Shown here one piece after another: positions 9,632 to 19,189 of a DNA stretch of 64,000 bases; within the stretch, counting starts at the first letter, position 1, and every line of letters begins with the position of its first letter. The stretch is from positions 1 through 64,000 of the IMG/VR virus record IMGVR_UViG_3300033067_000343, one strand, 5' to 3'. Below the pieces are notes generated by a model. The model was not told the DNA's origin, did not search any database, and worked only from the letters and a program-made list of their open reading frames with translations. Source of the stretch: a virus. Its lineage: Duplodnaviria; Caudoviricetes. The position numbers were made by a program, and so were the translations under genes.

Positions 9632-11074
9632 ATGAATAAAGAATATAACGCAGAAATCCAAAAACTATTTTTAGAGATGATGCTGCAAGACGCCCAAAAT
9701 TTTGTGCGTGTGCAGAACATTTACAACCCAGAAAACTTTGATCGCAGTCTAAGAGAGACTGCAAAGTTTGTTACTGAGTACAGCGACAAATATAAAACGC
9801 TACCGACACCTGAGCAAATTAAGGCAACCACAAGTGTAGAATTAAATCCTGCACCTGAGATGCAAGACCACACTGAGTGGTTCATTAACGAGTTCGAAAA
9901 CTTTACCAAGCGACAAGAACTAGAACGTGCTATTCTAAAGTCGGCCGACATGATTGAGCAGGGAGACTTCTCCCCAATTGAGAAGCTGATCAAGGATGCT
10001 GTACAAATTAGTCTAACAAAAGATCTTGGTACTGACTACTTTGCAAACCCTGCTGAACGTATTAACAAATACTTTAACAGTGGTGGACAAGTTAGCACAG
10101 GGTGGCCGCAGATGGATAGGCTACTATACGGCGGGTTCAGTCGAGGTGAACTAAACATCTTTGCAGGTGGATCGGGTTCGGGTAAGTCACTTGTTATGAT
10201 GAACATTGCACTCAGCTGGTTGCAAATGGGCCTGAGCGGTGTTTACATTACACTTGAACTTTCAGAAGAGTTGTGTTCGTTGCGTACAGACGCTATGTTA
10301 ACCAGCACAGGCACAAAAGACATTCGCAAGGACATTGAGACCACTGAACTTAAAGTTAAGATGGTCGGTAAGAAGTCCGGTAAGTATCGGATCAAAGGTT
10401 TACCTGCACAAAGCAACGTAAACGACATCCGTAGCTTTATTAAAGAGTATCAGATCCAAACAGGTAATACCGTTGACTTTGTTATGGTTGACTATTTGGA
10501 CTTGATTATGCCTGTGAGTGCAAAGGTTAGCCCCAACGACTTGTTTGTTAAGGACAAGTATGTGTCAGAAGAATTACGTAACCTTGCAAAAGAACTAGGA
10601 GTACTATTTGTTACAGCGTCACAGTTGAACCGTAGTGCTGTTGAGGAAGTTGAATTTGACCACTCACACATTTCGGGCGGTATTTCAAAGATTAACACTG
10701 CCGACAACGTGTTTGGTATCTTTACAAGTCGTGCTATGAAAGAGCGTGGCAAGTATCAGATTCAGTGTATGAAGTCACGTAGTTCAACTGGTGTTGGGCA
10801 AAAGATTGACCTTGAGTACAACATCGAAACCATGCGTATTAGTGACCCAGGTATTCCTGAGAACAATGGTGGCGGACCACCTTTAGTTAACAGCATCATG
10901 AATCGCATTAAGAGTACCCCTGCCCCTGCCCCTGCGGCAAGCGACGACGAAGGACCTAGTTCATTCCAACGTGCAACAGGTACACCAGCGTGGGAACAAG
11001 GCCCCAAGGTAACAGCGGATGTGCAAAGCACTAAGCTCAAAAGTATGTTAGCGGGAATTAAAAAAGGAGATTAA
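9632..11074 (+). CDS. replicative DNA helicase (DnaB/gp41-like)
   Basis: GGSGSGKS Walker A, VDYLDL, TASQLNR, ADNV, KSR motifs. Confidence 0.9.
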   Translation: MNKEYNAEIQKLFLEMMLQDAQNFVRVQNIYNPENFDRSLRETAKFVTEYSDKYKTLPTPEQIKATTSVELNPAPEMQDHTEWFINEFENFTKRQELERAILKSADMIEQGDFSPIEKLIKDAVQISLTKDLGTDYFANPAERINKYFNSGGQVSTGWPQMDRLLYGGFSRGELNIFAGGSGSGKSLVMMNIALSWLQMGLSGVYITLELSEELCSLRTDAMLTSTGTKDIRKDIETTELKVKMVGKKSGKYRIKGLPAQSNVNDIRSFIKEYQIQTGNTVDFVMVDYLDLIMPVSAKVSPNDLFVKDKYVSEELRNLAKELGVLFVTASQLNRSAVEEVEFDHSHISGGISKINTADNVFGIFTSRAMKERGKYQIQCMKSRSSTGVGQKIDLEYNIETMRISDPGIPENNGGGPPLVNSIMNRIKSTPAPAPAASDDEGPSSFQRATGTPAWEQGPKVTADVQSTKLKSMLAGIKKGD

Positions 11075-11655
11075 TGAGTTTAGATTTTTCATTAATTGAA
11101 GAAGCTACTCAGTACTCTTTAGCCAAACTATCCTCCTTAGGTATGGCACAAGAAAAGCTGTATCTAGTTGAGGATTTTTTGCACCCTACGTTAATAGACA
11201 AGCTAGTCAAATACGCAGAGACTCGTACAGACTGGGTTGCAGCACAAGGGTACAAAGACATATGCCGTTACCAAGTTAATTGGGAACCCGACTCGGCACT
11301 TGAAGAAACTCACATAGTATTTGAGTACTTAACCGGGTATCTTTCTGTTATGTTTAACCGCACGGTATACTTTCACGGGATTAACTTATGGAAAGATGTT
11401 GAAGGCTACTCAATTAGCAGACACACTGATAATCCTGTTATAGATCTAGCTATACAGCTTTACCTAACATCGGGTCCTGCAGAGCTAGGTACAACGTTTG
11501 AACACAACGGAAAAACACAGGCAAAATACCAACAGAATTGCGGGTATATTGCAGACAACAGTCAAGGACTGTACCACAGTTTAGACACTAAAGTTCCGGC
11601 AGATCATGTGCGATATTCTGTATATGCCATTTGGTCACAAGAACCTAAGAAGTAG
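11074..11655 (+). CDS. 2OG-Fe(II) oxygenase-like protein
   Basis: RHTD...IQLYL...YHS facial-triad pattern. Confidence 0.6.
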   Translation: MSLDFSLIEEATQYSLAKLSSLGMAQEKLYLVEDFLHPTLIDKLVKYAETRTDWVAAQGYKDICRYQVNWEPDSALEETHIVFEYLTGYLSVMFNRTVYFHGINLWKDVEGYSISRHTDNPVIDLAIQLYLTSGPAELGTTFEHNGKTQAKYQQNCGYIADNSQGLYHSLDTKVPADHVRYSVYAIWSQEPKK

Positions 11656-11699
11656 CAAGTTATTGCTAAACCATAAATATAACTAATTGGAGTGATATC

Positions 11700-11951
11700 T
11701 TGCAGAAGCGTACTCGTAGCATTTTAGACGAACTTGCTAGCATGCCTGTTGCTAAGGACCAGGCTAGCTTAGTCGAAAGTCGTGCAACCCATGTAATTCA
11801 AGGTGCTATCAACTTGATAAATTTTATCAAGGAAAATTACGATGCCGAAACAAGTGCTGAACTAGAGCGCCGCCTCTTAAACAGCATTAGGGCACAAGAT
11901 CCTGCTAAATTCACTCGAGGAATTAGGAGACAACGTAGTAATGAAAATTAA
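11700..11951 (+). CDS. hypothetical late protein
   Basis: TAAATA 11674-11679, SD GGAG, TTG start. Confidence 0.65.
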   Translation: MQKRTRSILDELASMPVAKDQASLVESRATHVIQGAINLINFIKENYDAETSAELERRLLNSIRAQDPAKFTRGIRRQRSNEN

Positions 11952-12540
11952 TGATGTTATATCGGAAGCGGGCTTCTGGAGTGGAGTTGCAAAAGGCTTA
12001 GGTTCACCACAGCTTGCAAAGGCAATTGATTCTGCAAACGCAACTAGCACAGGCACAACCCCTGTTGACCCAGAACAGCCCCCAGCAGAACAACCGGCTG
12101 CAACACCGCCAGTTAACTACGATATTCCGGCGTATAAGCGCCAAGGTAAAACTATCCCTGGTGTAACTCCGCCTGCACCTGCGGCACCACAGGTACCAAC
12201 AGTTGCCGATCAACAAAGCAAAGTGGGAGTTGGTCAGATTAATAAAATTATTCCCACTCTTAGAACCCGAGATTTAAACAGTGTTAAAAAGACCGTCGAT
12301 GCTACTTTGGCTAAGAAAGCACAATCATCACCGGCCCCAACAGTAGCACCTGCTGCGGCCCCTACTACCGCGTCAGCACCGGCGCAACCTGTTTCGGGCG
12401 AACCCGTTAGGATTGGTGGCCAAAAGTTGGATCCAAATAATCCAGCTGATGCTAAAATATTGCAAAAGATACAAAGTCAACAAGTAGCCGAAGGAATCGA
12501 TTTAGCTGAAGTCCTATGGCGCAAAATGAAATCTAAGTGA
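11941..12540 (+). CDS. Pro/Ala-rich putative head-internal protein
   Basis: MKINDVISE N-terminus; low complexity. Confidence 0.6.
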   Translation: MKINDVISEAGFWSGVAKGLGSPQLAKAIDSANATSTGTTPVDPEQPPAEQPAATPPVNYDIPAYKRQGKTIPGVTPPAPAAPQVPTVADQQSKVGVGQINKIIPTLRTRDLNSVKKTVDATLAKKAQSSPAPTVAPAAAPTTASAPAQPVSGEPVRIGGQKLDPNNPADAKILQKIQSQQVAEGIDLAEVLWRKMKSK

Positions 12541-14417
12541 TGAGCCAAACAAGCACAGGAAATGGCGCAATTGAGAATGCAACACCGATAGCACGAAACT
12601 GTGTACCCGGTGTTGTTTCTACGATCAAAAATGCTTTGCCTAGCGAACTGCTAGCCAATTTGCAAGCAGACATTGGTAGTGCCGGATACAAAGATGAATC
12701 TGGGGACATTGACTTAATGATCGACTCCGCGGATGTAATTGAGTATTTCCAAACTGTTGATGCACAATCTGCAAAGAAGAAGCTGCAACAGTATCTTGAG
12801 CAACGTGGTTACAAAGCAGTAACCAAAGGACGTAACGTTCATGTTGGCGTTCCTTACAAAGATCAAAGCGGCGACCCAAAACTAGCACAAGTTGACATTA
12901 TGGTCATTGATGATGCTGCCGCGGTTGCTCCATGGCACCAACATGGTCGTCGTGGCATGTATGATCAAGAGGGATTTAAAGGCAGCAGCAACTTTATTCT
13001 AATGAGCAGCATTGCAAAGCACATGGGACTAAAGTTTGATGCATTCGGTGGCAAGCTAATTGATCGCAATACAGATGAAGTTGTGGGCAAGACTCGCAGA
13101 CAAGTTGCTAAGATCCTACTGGGACCTAAAGCAAAAGAAAAGGATCTAGATAGTGTTAGCTCAATGATGGCTAGACTAGTAGATGATCCAGATCGCGAAG
13201 GCAAACTAGCACAAGCTAGACAAGATGCAGCAGCAGGCAACATTGAACTTCCAGAAGACGTTTATCCAGGCACACAAACTTGGCTAGATCAAATGGAAGA
13301 AAGCCCTAAGTTCTCTTTTGTGAAGTCCCTAAAAGAAAACCACGATACTACAGGACGCACTCCGCACCCTGAAGACAGTATCTTTGATGGTAGTAATGCA
13401 GCGGCTATGGCCGTACGTTCGTTGGGTGGCGTAATTGCTAATCCAACTAAAGTAACAGTTAAGTGGGACGGATTTCCTGCACTTATCTTTGGACGTACAC
13501 CAGAAGGCAAGCTAGCCATTATGGACAAGTACATGTTTGATAAGCGTATCCTTGCAACTAGTCCAGAAGACTGGCAACGCTACGATTCGCAAAAGCCAAC
13601 AGGCACAATGCGTCCTGACTTGTACACTAAGCTAGCGGCAATTTGGGCAGGACTAGATGCAGTGACTAAAGGTGAAGGATTCTTCTGGGGCGACTTGCTT
13701 TGGGCAGGACCACTAAATCCTGTTAAAGGCAACTACGTGTTTAAGCCTAACACTGTAGAGTATGCTGTTCCTGTGCAAAGTGGCATTGGGCAAACAATTA
13801 AAGGCAGCAGTGGCGGTATTGTTGTGCATCAACACTTTGGCGAGCTAGGCGGCACAGCATCAGAATGGGACGGAAAAGGTCTTGTTACTGTACAGGGCGG
13901 CGTAACTATTATCAAGCCCGGGCTAGGCATTCGTTTTAGCCTACGTGATCCAGTATCCTTAAGCAAAGCAGCGGCCGCAGCAGTAGAACGTTACGGCTCA
14001 GCAGTAGACGATTTGTTTGTTAACATTCCATCTAGCACAAAAGCTCTAATCAAGACTTACTTCAACAAGAAGATTACTTGCCAAACGGACCAGGATCTGC
14101 ATGATTGGATGAAGGGTAATGTTAGCAATAAACAGTACTCAGCTCTTGTTGGAGACGATTATTCGGGCTCTTTGTTCACTACAGACGGCGAAGGGCAAGT
14201 ACACGAAAGCCAAGGTTACGCAGGATTAAAAGCTATTTGGAACGCGATATATGCGTACAAATTGAATCTTGCACAGCAGCTTGAACAGCAAGTACAAGGT
14301 GTGCAGCAGTCCGTTAATGGACAAGCAGGTGGCGAAGGTTTTGTATTCCCCGGGCCGGATGGGTTAATTAAGCTGGTTAACAGAGGGCAGTTTAGTCGAG
14401 CTCTTTTTAACAAGTAA
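12537..14417 (+). CDS. fusion of a pol-beta-type nucleotidyltransferase domain and an ATP-dependent ligase-like domain
   Basis: IGSAG...SGDIDL and QVDIM (NTase); TVKWDG, WGDLL, EGFV, IKLVNR (ligase motifs I, III, IV, V). Confidence 0.65.
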   Translation: MMSQTSTGNGAIENATPIARNCVPGVVSTIKNALPSELLANLQADIGSAGYKDESGDIDLMIDSADVIEYFQTVDAQSAKKKLQQYLEQRGYKAVTKGRNVHVGVPYKDQSGDPKLAQVDIMVIDDAAAVAPWHQHGRRGMYDQEGFKGSSNFILMSSIAKHMGLKFDAFGGKLIDRNTDEVVGKTRRQVAKILLGPKAKEKDLDSVSSMMARLVDDPDREGKLAQARQDAAAGNIELPEDVYPGTQTWLDQMEESPKFSFVKSLKENHDTTGRTPHPEDSIFDGSNAAAMAVRSLGGVIANPTKVTVKWDGFPALIFGRTPEGKLAIMDKYMFDKRILATSPEDWQRYDSQKPTGTMRPDLYTKLAAIWAGLDAVTKGEGFFWGDLLWAGPLNPVKGNYVFKPNTVEYAVPVQSGIGQTIKGSSGGIVVHQHFGELGGTASEWDGKGLVTVQGGVTIIKPGLGIRFSLRDPVSLSKAAAAAVERYGSAVDDLFVNIPSSTKALIKTYFNKKITCQTDQDLHDWMKGNVSNKQYSALVGDDYSGSLFTTDGEGQVHESQGYAGLKAIWNAIYAYKLNLAQQLEQQVQGVQQSVNGQAGGEGFVFPGPDGLIKLVNRGQFSRALFNK

Positions 14418-14489
14418 TTAACACCTTTTTTATCAAAAAGATAAATATTTACATGAGGCGATAAGCCCATTAATATTAGGAGAAATAAA

Positions 14490-14852
14490 ATGGCATTAGG
14501 ACAATTACGTGTAAACGGCACAACTCAAGCAGGTAGCTTCTACGGTTACCAACCACTATTCTTGTTGATCACTGGTACCAACGTTGGTACAGCAGATACA
14601 CAACCAGGCGGCGGTGTAGCAATTACTGAAGGTAACTTCACTAAAGCTATCCGTGCTATCGAAACTATCGGTAGCATTGTTATCATCGGTGCTCGTGCAG
14701 ACAACGGTTTCGTTGTTGCTCTAGACGGTGCTACAGCATCTGACAACGGCGAAGCTAGCGTTGCTGCTCGTGTTGATACAGTTGTTACAGCAGCTACTGG
14801 TGTTTCTACAACAGTTGCAGTTAAGACATTGACATTGACTGAGTGGGCTTAA
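14490..14852 (+). CDS. small abundant virion protein (putative)
   Basis: TAAATA 14442-14447, strong SD, own terminator, strongly biased codons. Confidence 0.7.
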   Translation: MALGQLRVNGTTQAGSFYGYQPLFLLITGTNVGTADTQPGGGVAITEGNFTKAIRAIETIGSIVIIGARADNGFVVALDGATASDNGEASVAARVDTVVTAATGVSTTVAVKTLTLTEWA

Positions 14853-14868
14853 TACTTAATTAAGTAAC

Positions 14869-14893
14869 AAAAAGGCTCTTCGGAGCCTTTTTT
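14869..14893 (+). terminator. rho-independent terminator
   Basis: AAAAAGGCTC-TTCG-GAGCCTTTTTT. Confidence 0.9.
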
Positions 14894-14944
14894 GTTGGCC
14901 GTAAAATCAGTAACTAACTAAATACACTATATTGGAGATATAAC

Positions 14945-15388
14945 ATGGCCTTAGGCGCATTAAAAGTAAACGGCGATGCAACCGCAGTAGTTGCAACAGA
15001 CGTAGATGGTAACACAGACGGTTCGGCAAGAACAGCTACAGGCATTATTGCCCCTGGCATGACTGGCCGCATCACGGCATACAAGATTACAGGTGTTGGC
15101 GGATACGCTGCATCTAACTTAACATTGGAAAGCGGTGTTAACCGTACCAGTGGCAACGTTGGTCTAGTATCACAAATCTTGAACGTCATTCAACAACGTA
15201 ATACCGTTGTAGCATACCAAGTTGAAAGCGGCAGCAGCCAGCTAAGTGCATTGGTAGAACACAGTGCATGGACTGACGCAGACTTGCAAGCATACATTCG
15301 TGCAAACATCACACAACTAGGTGTATATGGTAACAGCACAGTGTCTAGCGTAACAGTTAGCAGCACAGGTGGCTTGAAGTTAGCTTAA
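14945..15388 (+). CDS. small abundant virion protein (putative), N-terminus similar to 14490 gene
   Basis: MALGALKVNG vs MALGQLRVNG; TAAATA 14919-14924; SD GGAG. Confidence 0.7.
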   Translation: MALGALKVNGDATAVVATDVDGNTDGSARTATGIIAPGMTGRITAYKITGVGGYAASNLTLESGVNRTSGNVGLVSQILNVIQQRNTVVAYQVESGSSQLSALVEHSAWTDADLQAYIRANITQLGVYGNSTVSSVTVSSTGGLKLA

Positions 15389-15402
15389 GAGTTAACACTT
15401 AT

Positions 15403-15430
15403 AAGAAGGCAGTTTCGTGCTGCCTTTTTT
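15403..15430 (+). terminator. rho-independent terminator
   Basis: AAGGCAG-TTTCGTG-CTGCCTT followed by a T run. Confidence 0.85.
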
Positions 15431-15449
15431 CTTGGCCATAAATATCTAC

Positions 15450-15896
15450 ATGGATAGAGGCTTGCAATTTTATACAGGTTACACACTAGTAGACATTACC
15501 GCTACTGGTGTAACTCGCTATAGACCTGATCAAGAATTCCAGCGTAACCAACAACGTAATTGGGAAACCGTATTACAAACAATTGGCTTGCGTACCCAAC
15601 CTGTATTAATCAAGGGCCCAGTTTGTACTGAAAGCACTTTAGGCGACGGTTGGGATTTTGGAGAGTATTACCAGGGACGCCACAAGATTTGGATTTGGAC
15701 TTTTGCAGTAGAGACCACTGATGTCTTTTTGCTTAATGACCATCCGCTTGGTGCGTTAGTTCAAGACTTCGAACAGATACCTATTATCCAAGGATTAGAT
15801 GAAACAGCCCGTTTCATGTTACCTATATTTTACCCACACGGTGCAATCAAAAACGTATACTTTAAAAATCGAGCAATCGATTTAAATAACGTTTAG
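15450..15896 (+). CDS. hypothetical late protein
   Basis: TAAATA 15439-15444; ATG 15450 in frame with the track ORF. Confidence 0.65.
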   Translation: MDRGLQFYTGYTLVDITATGVTRYRPDQEFQRNQQRNWETVLQTIGLRTQPVLIKGPVCTESTLGDGWDFGEYYQGRHKIWIWTFAVETTDVFLLNDHPLGALVQDFEQIPIIQGLDETARFMLPIFYPHGAIKNVYFKNRAIDLNNV

Positions 15897-15952
15897 TTGC
15901 CGATGAGGTAGGTTAGTGATGCGGCATTATACTATTAAGGAGTTGAAGCAAA

Positions 15953-16207
15953 ATGGCTTCTTCGGATATTGAAAAGAAAAGTCTTGAAGCACACGTAGAA
16001 TTATGTGCAGAAAGATACAAAAACCTAGATGATCGCTTGTGCAGCTTAGATGACCGCATGGGCAAAATCGAAACACTAATCGTTGAAGTAAAGGCAGCTA
16101 TTGCTTCCGCACCAAACGAATCTAACAAGACGTTTATCGCCATCGGTACAACAGTGCTTGGCGCTCTAATTGGTGTTATTGGAACCTTAGTTATACACGT
16201 CAAATGA
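15953..16207 (+). CDS. coiled-coil protein with C-terminal transmembrane helix
   Basis: Heptad region then FIAIGTTVLGALIGVIGTLVI. Confidence 0.65.
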   Translation: MASSDIEKKSLEAHVELCAERYKNLDDRLCSLDDRMGKIETLIVEVKAAIASAPNESNKTFIAIGTTVLGALIGVIGTLVIHVK

Positions 16208-16413
16208 GAATCGTAGAACTAATCAATCACTTACAAGTACCTATCACAAACGAAGAAGCGGATGTGTTGGGTAAATTCCACGAAGAAGAGATAATTGAAA
16301 AATCTCAGCTAGACTTGCGTGAGCAACACATAGCAAATCAACTAGTCAATAAAGATGTTTTATTGAGAAAAAATCAAGATGGCAAAATCGTCTACAAAAA
16401 GAAAATTCGCTAA
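16204..16413 (+). CDS. hypothetical protein
   Basis: ATGA-coupled; MRIVELI N-terminus. Confidence 0.65.
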   Translation: MRIVELINHLQVPITNEEADVLGKFHEEEIIEKSQLDLREQHIANQLVNKDVLLRKNQDGKIVYKKKIR

Positions 16414-16915
16414 AGCTCCGCCCATCACTGAAGTTATTGCAGCAACAGAAGCCACTAGTTTATACATTGGCGTTTGGGCAAAGCAAGAAGCAGAGCGTTT
16501 ACTTAAAAAAGAACCAGTAATCATTCCACTTAAGAATGGGTTCTACGTAGGTAAGTTTACCGTTAAGAATGTGAATTCTGCGTGGCATGTGTATAATGTG
16601 TTCAACGAATTAGTAAACGCATTTAGCAGTAAACAATCTGCTGTATCCTGGTGTATCTTAGAGCACACTGGCCGCATTAAGCACAGCCAAAAACTCCTGG
16701 AGCAAGATGCGAAGGTAAGTAAGTATACGCAGGATCAAACGAACTATCGGCATACTAGACAGCAAGCCATTAAACGTGGCGACTATTTTGCTGTTGATTT
16801 AAGCGATGCAAGACTCGCAAAGATACAAAGTATGCTAGAAGATGCGTCAGATGATCTTGAAAAAACTTTAAATTCGGCTAAATATTTGAAAGGTATTTGG
16901 GAAAAACCACTATGA
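16379..16915 (+). CDS. hypothetical protein
   Basis: 178-aa ORF within the operon. Confidence 0.65.
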   Translation: MAKSSTKRKFAKAPPITEVIAATEATSLYIGVWAKQEAERLLKKEPVIIPLKNGFYVGKFTVKNVNSAWHVYNVFNELVNAFSSKQSAVSWCILEHTGRIKHSQKLLEQDAKVSKYTQDQTNYRHTRQQAIKRGDYFAVDLSDARLAKIQSMLEDASDDLEKTLNSAKYLKGIWEKPL

Positions 16916-17628
16916 AATTAAACGATATGGCACAAAAGCCTACCACAAAACAAATGAAAAAAGTGATGGAAAGCCGCTTCGGTTTTTCTGTAGATTACGA
17001 AAATCTAACACTTAAGAAGGCTTATAGCATGGCAACGTCCATTACTGAAGCCCTAAACAAGATTAAGAAAACCCACGGTGTTCACGTTGCAGAACGTAAC
17101 GCCAAGTACATGGAAATGTACATGGTCCGTGAAAGCATTCATAGCTGGATGCGTGAAAACCAAAAGAGCTTTATCGCTGAAAGCGAAATGGCTAAGAGCG
17201 AAGCTATCCTAGCTGCAAAAGACATGGTTGACAGTATCCAAGACATGTTGGAAAAGATTGGTAAAATGCAGAACGAACAATTGCCTGCATTGCTAGACAC
17301 AATCCGTGACCAATTGGGCATTGAGCAAGCTGACAGCTTCAAAGGTGCTGTTGCTCCGTTGCTACAAGACTTGGCTTCTACACTACAACAAGGCCGTGAA
17401 ACAGCAGACAATGCTGCTCGTGGTTTAGCTGGTGAGCAAGTTGATCAGCCAATGGGCTTAGGTGGTGGCATGGGCGGTCCAGGAATGGGTGGCATGGGCG
17501 ACCTAGGGGGTGATATGGGTGGCGCTGCCGATTTAGGCGAGCCAAGTGACTTAGACATGGGTGGCGACTTTGCTGCTACTGATGCTGCTGCTGGCGGATC
17601 TGCTGAACTAGGTAGAGAGCGTAGATAA
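16912..17628 (+). CDS. putative head/scaffold-type helical protein with Gly-Met-rich tail
   Basis: ATGA-coupled start at 16912; GGMGG repeats at the C-terminus. Confidence 0.6.
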   Translation: MKLNDMAQKPTTKQMKKVMESRFGFSVDYENLTLKKAYSMATSITEALNKIKKTHGVHVAERNAKYMEMYMVRESIHSWMRENQKSFIAESEMAKSEAILAAKDMVDSIQDMLEKIGKMQNEQLPALLDTIRDQLGIEQADSFKGAVAPLLQDLASTLQQGRETADNAARGLAGEQVDQPMGLGGGMGGPGMGGMGDLGGDMGGAADLGEPSDLDMGGDFAATDAAAGGSAELGRERR

Positions 17629-18071
17629 TGCGTCTAAGCGAATTTGTCACAGAAAGCAGTGGCCTTGGGGGAATGATTGAGGACGAAGCCGAATCTCGCG
17701 GCGATAGCGTTCTTTTAACTGCCCTTGAAGAGTTACGCAATAGAGCACACGGACATTCAGTTCCGCGTGTTCGTGTTGACGCTTTAGTGAACTTGATCAA
17801 GCGTTTGCCAGGTGGCGAAATGTTTAACGCAGAAGCATTGGAAAACGCCCGCAAGAGCAATGAAGCTGTTAAGAATTTAATTGCAGACATTAAAGACGAC
17901 GAAGTACATGATCCTGCCGCAGGCGGTACTTCTATTGTTAAGTACGTATACCTAACTCCATTTGATGATGATCCATTCTCAAATGAAGGCGGCGGCGGCA
18001 CTTCAGCTGGTCAAACTGCACCGGAAAAAACTGTTTCTGGTATGGCTAGCAGAGCACTCGGAAAACGATAA
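17628..18071 (+). CDS. hypothetical protein (putative head-internal)
   Basis: MRLSEFVTE N-terminus; overlaps the upstream stop. Confidence 0.6.
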   Translation: MRLSEFVTESSGLGGMIEDEAESRGDSVLLTALEELRNRAHGHSVPRVRVDALVNLIKRLPGGEMFNAEALENARKSNEAVKNLIADIKDDEVHDPAAGGTSIVKYVYLTPFDDDPFSNEGGGGTSAGQTAPEKTVSGMASRALGKR

Positions 18072-18074
18072 ATT

Positions 18075-18113
18075 ATATCATACTTGTAGTTTAGATAATT
18101 ACAAGTATGATAT
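18075..18113 (+). promoter_or_regulatory. 14-bp perfect hairpin covering the start codon at 18107
   Basis: ATATCATACTTGTA (18075-18088) / TACAAGTATGATAT (18100-18113); GATAAT in the loop. Confidence 0.75.
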
Positions 18114-19189
18114 TAGTTTACAGCGACAGCCAAATCATTGACAATGAATGGCTACCACACATAAATTTCAAAACCCCTTACACACTATCTCACAGCATTG
18201 ATGAGTTTGAAGCAGCAGAAGCCTCGCTAAAGGTTGCGTTCACTACACATCGTTTGCACTGTGACTTTGATACTGCGTACATTGGGTTTGAAGATAAAAT
18301 CAATCGTTTAAGTTACATCAGTGACTTGGTGTTTACTTTTGAAAGTGAACTCCACAACTTCCATTGGCAAATTTGGGAAAAGTGCCACCATGACAATGTG
18401 TACTGGCTATTACCCGGTGCCGTAAATGATCGTGATGACATTAACAGTCACATTATTTGCTGGGGCGATTGGTTTAAAACCACAGCCAACATTTACAAAG
18501 CATTACCGGACAAGGTGTTGAACATTAACCCATATAGCACAAAGCCCAAATACTTTGATGCATTGCTAGGTAGTCCAAAGCCACATAGAGACTTTGTGTT
18601 TAATGCAGTTAATGAAAATGACCTAAACCACAAGATTATTATGACTTACGGTGGCGACTGGAAAGAAGGCGAATTCTACGCCAAGGATTACTTTATCTGG
18701 GAAGAAGGCACAACACCAATTGGACAAACAATCGGCACAGCAGACTGGGCAGACTATTGCGGGCAACGTGTGCATCTAAGCCAAATTATTCCTATTAAAG
18801 TGATGAATGACAGTGCCTATTCTATCATTGCCGAAACAGACTTTGACAACACCCTAAGTTGCTTCACAGAAAAAACAGCAAAGCCAATGATTGCTAGACG
18901 TTTGTTTATTGCATTCACTGGATACAAGTTCTTGCACAATCTACGTGCGTTAGGATTCCAAACATTTGACGGAATCATTGATGAAAGCTACGACTTAGAG
19001 ATCGACGATGCTAAACGCTACGCAATGGCGTTTGAACAAGTTAAGTATTTGTGTGAGCAAGAACAAGATGTGGTCTACCGGAAAATTAAATCCATTGTAG
19101 ACCACAACTATAATTTACTAATGACTCGAGACTGGACGCAATGGCCAGCAAAACAAATCGAAACAGTTATTAACTCTTTATCTGTTTAG
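18107..19189 (+). CDS. glycosyltransferase-like protein, paralog 1
   Basis: AET...TEKTAKP...LGFQTFDGIIDESYD block shared with the 46955 and 53755 genes; ET...TEK resembles GT10-type motif. Confidence 0.5.
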   Translation: MILVYSDSQIIDNEWLPHINFKTPYTLSHSIDEFEAAEASLKVAFTTHRLHCDFDTAYIGFEDKINRLSYISDLVFTFESELHNFHWQIWEKCHHDNVYWLLPGAVNDRDDINSHIICWGDWFKTTANIYKALPDKVLNINPYSTKPKYFDALLGSPKPHRDFVFNAVNENDLNHKIIMTYGGDWKEGEFYAKDYFIWEEGTTPIGQTIGTADWADYCGQRVHLSQIIPIKVMNDSAYSIIAETDFDNTLSCFTEKTAKPMIARRLFIAFTGYKFLHNLRALGFQTFDGIIDESYDLEIDDAKRYAMAFEQVKYLCEQEQDVVYRKIKSIVDHNYNLLMTRDWTQWPAKQIETVINSLSV

